Below, in pieces: positions 62,555 through 64,000 of a DNA stretch of 64,000 nt; the first letter of the stretch is position 1; every line of letters begins with the position of its first letter. Origin of the DNA: an uncultured Oscillospiraceae bacterium (lineage in GTDB: Bacteria; Bacillota; Clostridia; Oscillospirales; Oscillospiraceae); assembly GCA_944386055.1 (NCBI GenBank), contig CALWZP010000008.1, positions 28,671-92,670 of the forward strand, written 5' to 3'. The notes under the pieces are model-generated. The model had not been told where the DNA came from and made no database searches. It saw nothing but the letters and a program-made list of their open reading frames with translations. The position numbers were made by a program, and so were the translations under genes.

Positions 62555-64000
62555 ATGGTATTGTCCAAGGGGAAGATCATCATTCTGGCCGTTGTCATCG
62601 TGATCGTGGCAGCGGTCGGCGGCTTCTTTTTCATCCAGTCCAACAATGAGGCCCAGAGCCAGGCCGACCGTGTGATCGATTGGATGTTCGACTATCTCGG
62701 TTCCGGTTCCTTCGATCTGGACGACAGCTCGGCCTATCCGGAATATCTCGCGGAGCTTGAGACGGTGCGGGACAACAGGAAATTCCAGCGGGGGCTGGTG
62801 GAGATCGTGGACGAATTTTCCCAGGTGGGGCTCCACAACTATGATTTTGGCCGGGACGACCTTACGATGATCGAGACCAGGTATGGTGACAAGCTGTACT
62901 ATGGAGAGGTGGAAAGTCTCTTTTCCGATGTGGTGGGTCTTTTGAACCAGGCGGGCTATGAGGACGAGGAGCTGCGGGACAGCTTCATCGCCTTCTTCGT
63001 GGGGGCGGCCCAGGAGGCCCGGGAGCGGACCGAGCTGGAGGAGACCTCACAGGAAAACGAGCTGGAGCAGGGCAGCTATCTGGACAAGGTGCTCCAGGAC
63101 GCGGCTGCCTTCGGCCAGGTGGGCGGCGACTTCTATCAGATCCCCGCCGACCAGGTGGCCACGGTGGAGGAGATCGCCCAGCACTATGACCAGGCCATCC
63201 AGCTCTCCCGGGACGCGGGAGACCGGGATACCTTCGCCGACGCCCTGTCCGCCGCCACCTCCTCCCCCGTCCTGGAGGGGCAGACCTTCCTGGACGGCGG
63301 GGAGATCGTGGACTTCCTCATGGAGGACGGCGGGACGCTCTACACCCTGTGCAATGGGGTGGGCGGCTATTACGACACCCACACGATCGACCGGGATGGT
63401 CAGATCACCTACTACGGCGATTTTGCCCGGCGGACCGCCACCAGCGGCGGCGGCCAATATGACATGAGCGAGATGACGCCGGAAGTCTGGTGGTCGCTGT
63501 CCTCGGGGCAGCGGGAGGAGATCACCAGCGGGAACCGGGTGAACACCTACCGTTCCTACTACCTCCTGGGGGAGGACTACGACGGCGATGTGGACCCCGC
63601 CCTGGGGGATGACGGCTACGGCTATGTCTATGTCAACCCGGACGGGAGCTCGCTCTATTTCCGGAGCAGTTCCATCGCCTATATGGACAACGCCGACTTC
63701 GGAGAAACTGTGATCAACGGGGACTTCGCCGACCTCACCTCGGAGATGGCGGAGGAGTATCAGGAAAATCTCCCGGCAGCAAATCTTTCGGACCCCTGGT
63801 ATGATATGATCGAGGGCACCACTCCCGTGACGGACGAGGCATACGCCCCCTATACCGGGACCTTCTTCGGCGGGGAAGATGGAAATATCAGGATGCACTC
63901 AGAGTTTCGCCTGCGGGACGGACAGGTGTATTGGGCCACGAACCGTCGCATATACCTCAACATGATGGGAAGCACAGTCCACGCTTTCTTTTCCGACCTG
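62555..64000 (+). CDS. Hypothetical N-terminally anchored, acidic extracytoplasmic protein (3'-partial; runs off the window)
   Basis: It is absent from the ORF track because there is no stop codon in the window. I translated the frame by hand from the ATG at 62555 (alternative 62549) to 64000 and found no stop. It has a TM anchor (KIIILAVVIVIVAAVGGFFFI). Confidence 0.65.
   Translation, partial: MVLSKGKIIILAVVIVIVAAVGGFFFIQSNNEAQSQADRVIDWMFDYLGSGSFDLDDSSAYPEYLAELETVRDNRKFQRGLVEIVDEFSQVGLHNYDFGRDDLTMIETRYGDKLYYGEVESLFSDVVGLLNQAGYEDEELRDSFIAFFVGAAQEARERTELEETSQENELEQGSYLDKVLQDAAAFGQVGGDFYQIPADQVATVEEIAQHYDQAIQLSRDAGDRDTFADALSAATSSPVLEGQTFLDGGEIVDFLMEDGGTLYTLCNGVGGYYDTHTIDRDGQITYYGDFARRTATSGGGQYDMSEMTPEVWWSLSSGQREEITSGNRVNTYRSYYLLGEDYDGDVDPALGDDGYGYVYVNPDGSSLYFRSSSIAYMDNADFGETVINGDFADLTSEMAEEYQENLPAANLSDPWYDMIEGTTPVTDEAYAPYTGTFFGGEDGNIRMHSEFRLRDGQVYWATNRRIYLNMMGSTVHAFFSDL

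Noticed and set aside
62958-63898. The listed ORFs 62958..63467(+) and 63047..63898(-) inside the terminal region.
   Set aside because: Both are Pro/Arg/Gly-rich shadow frames. The unlisted frame starting at 62555 has an SD, a TM anchor and protein-like composition, and it is open to the window end.

Overview
The window is a 64-kb high-GC Firmicutes/Clostridia-type chromosome segment. The organism looks like a spore-former because dpaA/dpaB, spoIIID and a YjcZ-like Cys-rich peptide are present. An Oscillospiraceae-like origin is only a guess from composition and gene content. All calls were made by eye from the sequence and the ORF track, and start codons were refined by looking for SD motifs. 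No searches were run.

Main blocks:
- 0.1-7.3 kb: a PadR regulator with a palindromic operator, followed on the same strand by a tandem array. The array holds six paralogous single-pass membrane proteins (family A) with a conserved PadR-associated helical N-module (DUF1700 / permease-prefix / HAAS-like) and divergent ectodomains. These are interleaved with a second membrane-anchored family (B: three full copies and two decayed TM-only remnants). Long identical nucleotide tracts between copies indicate gene conversion. I consider this the most unusual, apparently undescribed system in the window.
- 7.3-12.1 kb: housekeeping genes (rlmI-like methyltransferase, dipicolinate synthase dpaBA, pncB, tRNA-Leu(TAA), initiator tRNA-Met).
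- 12.1-26.7 kb: a visibly lower-GC island directly after the tRNAs. It carries a complete selenium-dependent molybdenum hydroxylase (labile-Se cofactor) system: LysR, a fused 2Fe-2S/Mo hydroxylase, a TRAP transporter, yqeC, yqeB, orphan selD, a NifS-like lyase, yedE, a TusA-like yedF, DUF3343, a MocA-ModE fusion and xdhC.
- 26.7-34.3 kb: two LysR-controlled modules (enoate reductase plus amidohydrolase; an orphan FucI/AraA-like protein plus an unknown).
- 34.3-50 kb: envelope, redox and housekeeping genes (GT2/PLD-like pair, rubrerythrins, perR-rbr-rubredoxin x2, MocR/PdxR with an ECF S-component, ppa, brnQ, U32 peptidase, mltG and others).
- 51-64 kb: an ABC importer, nudF, a WalRK-like two-component system with YycH/YycI-like genes, a CNNM/hemolysin-family protein, spoIIID, DUF1847, and a 3'-partial unknown membrane protein with a twin-palindrome leader.

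I recognised no CRISPR array, transposase, integrase or rRNA.
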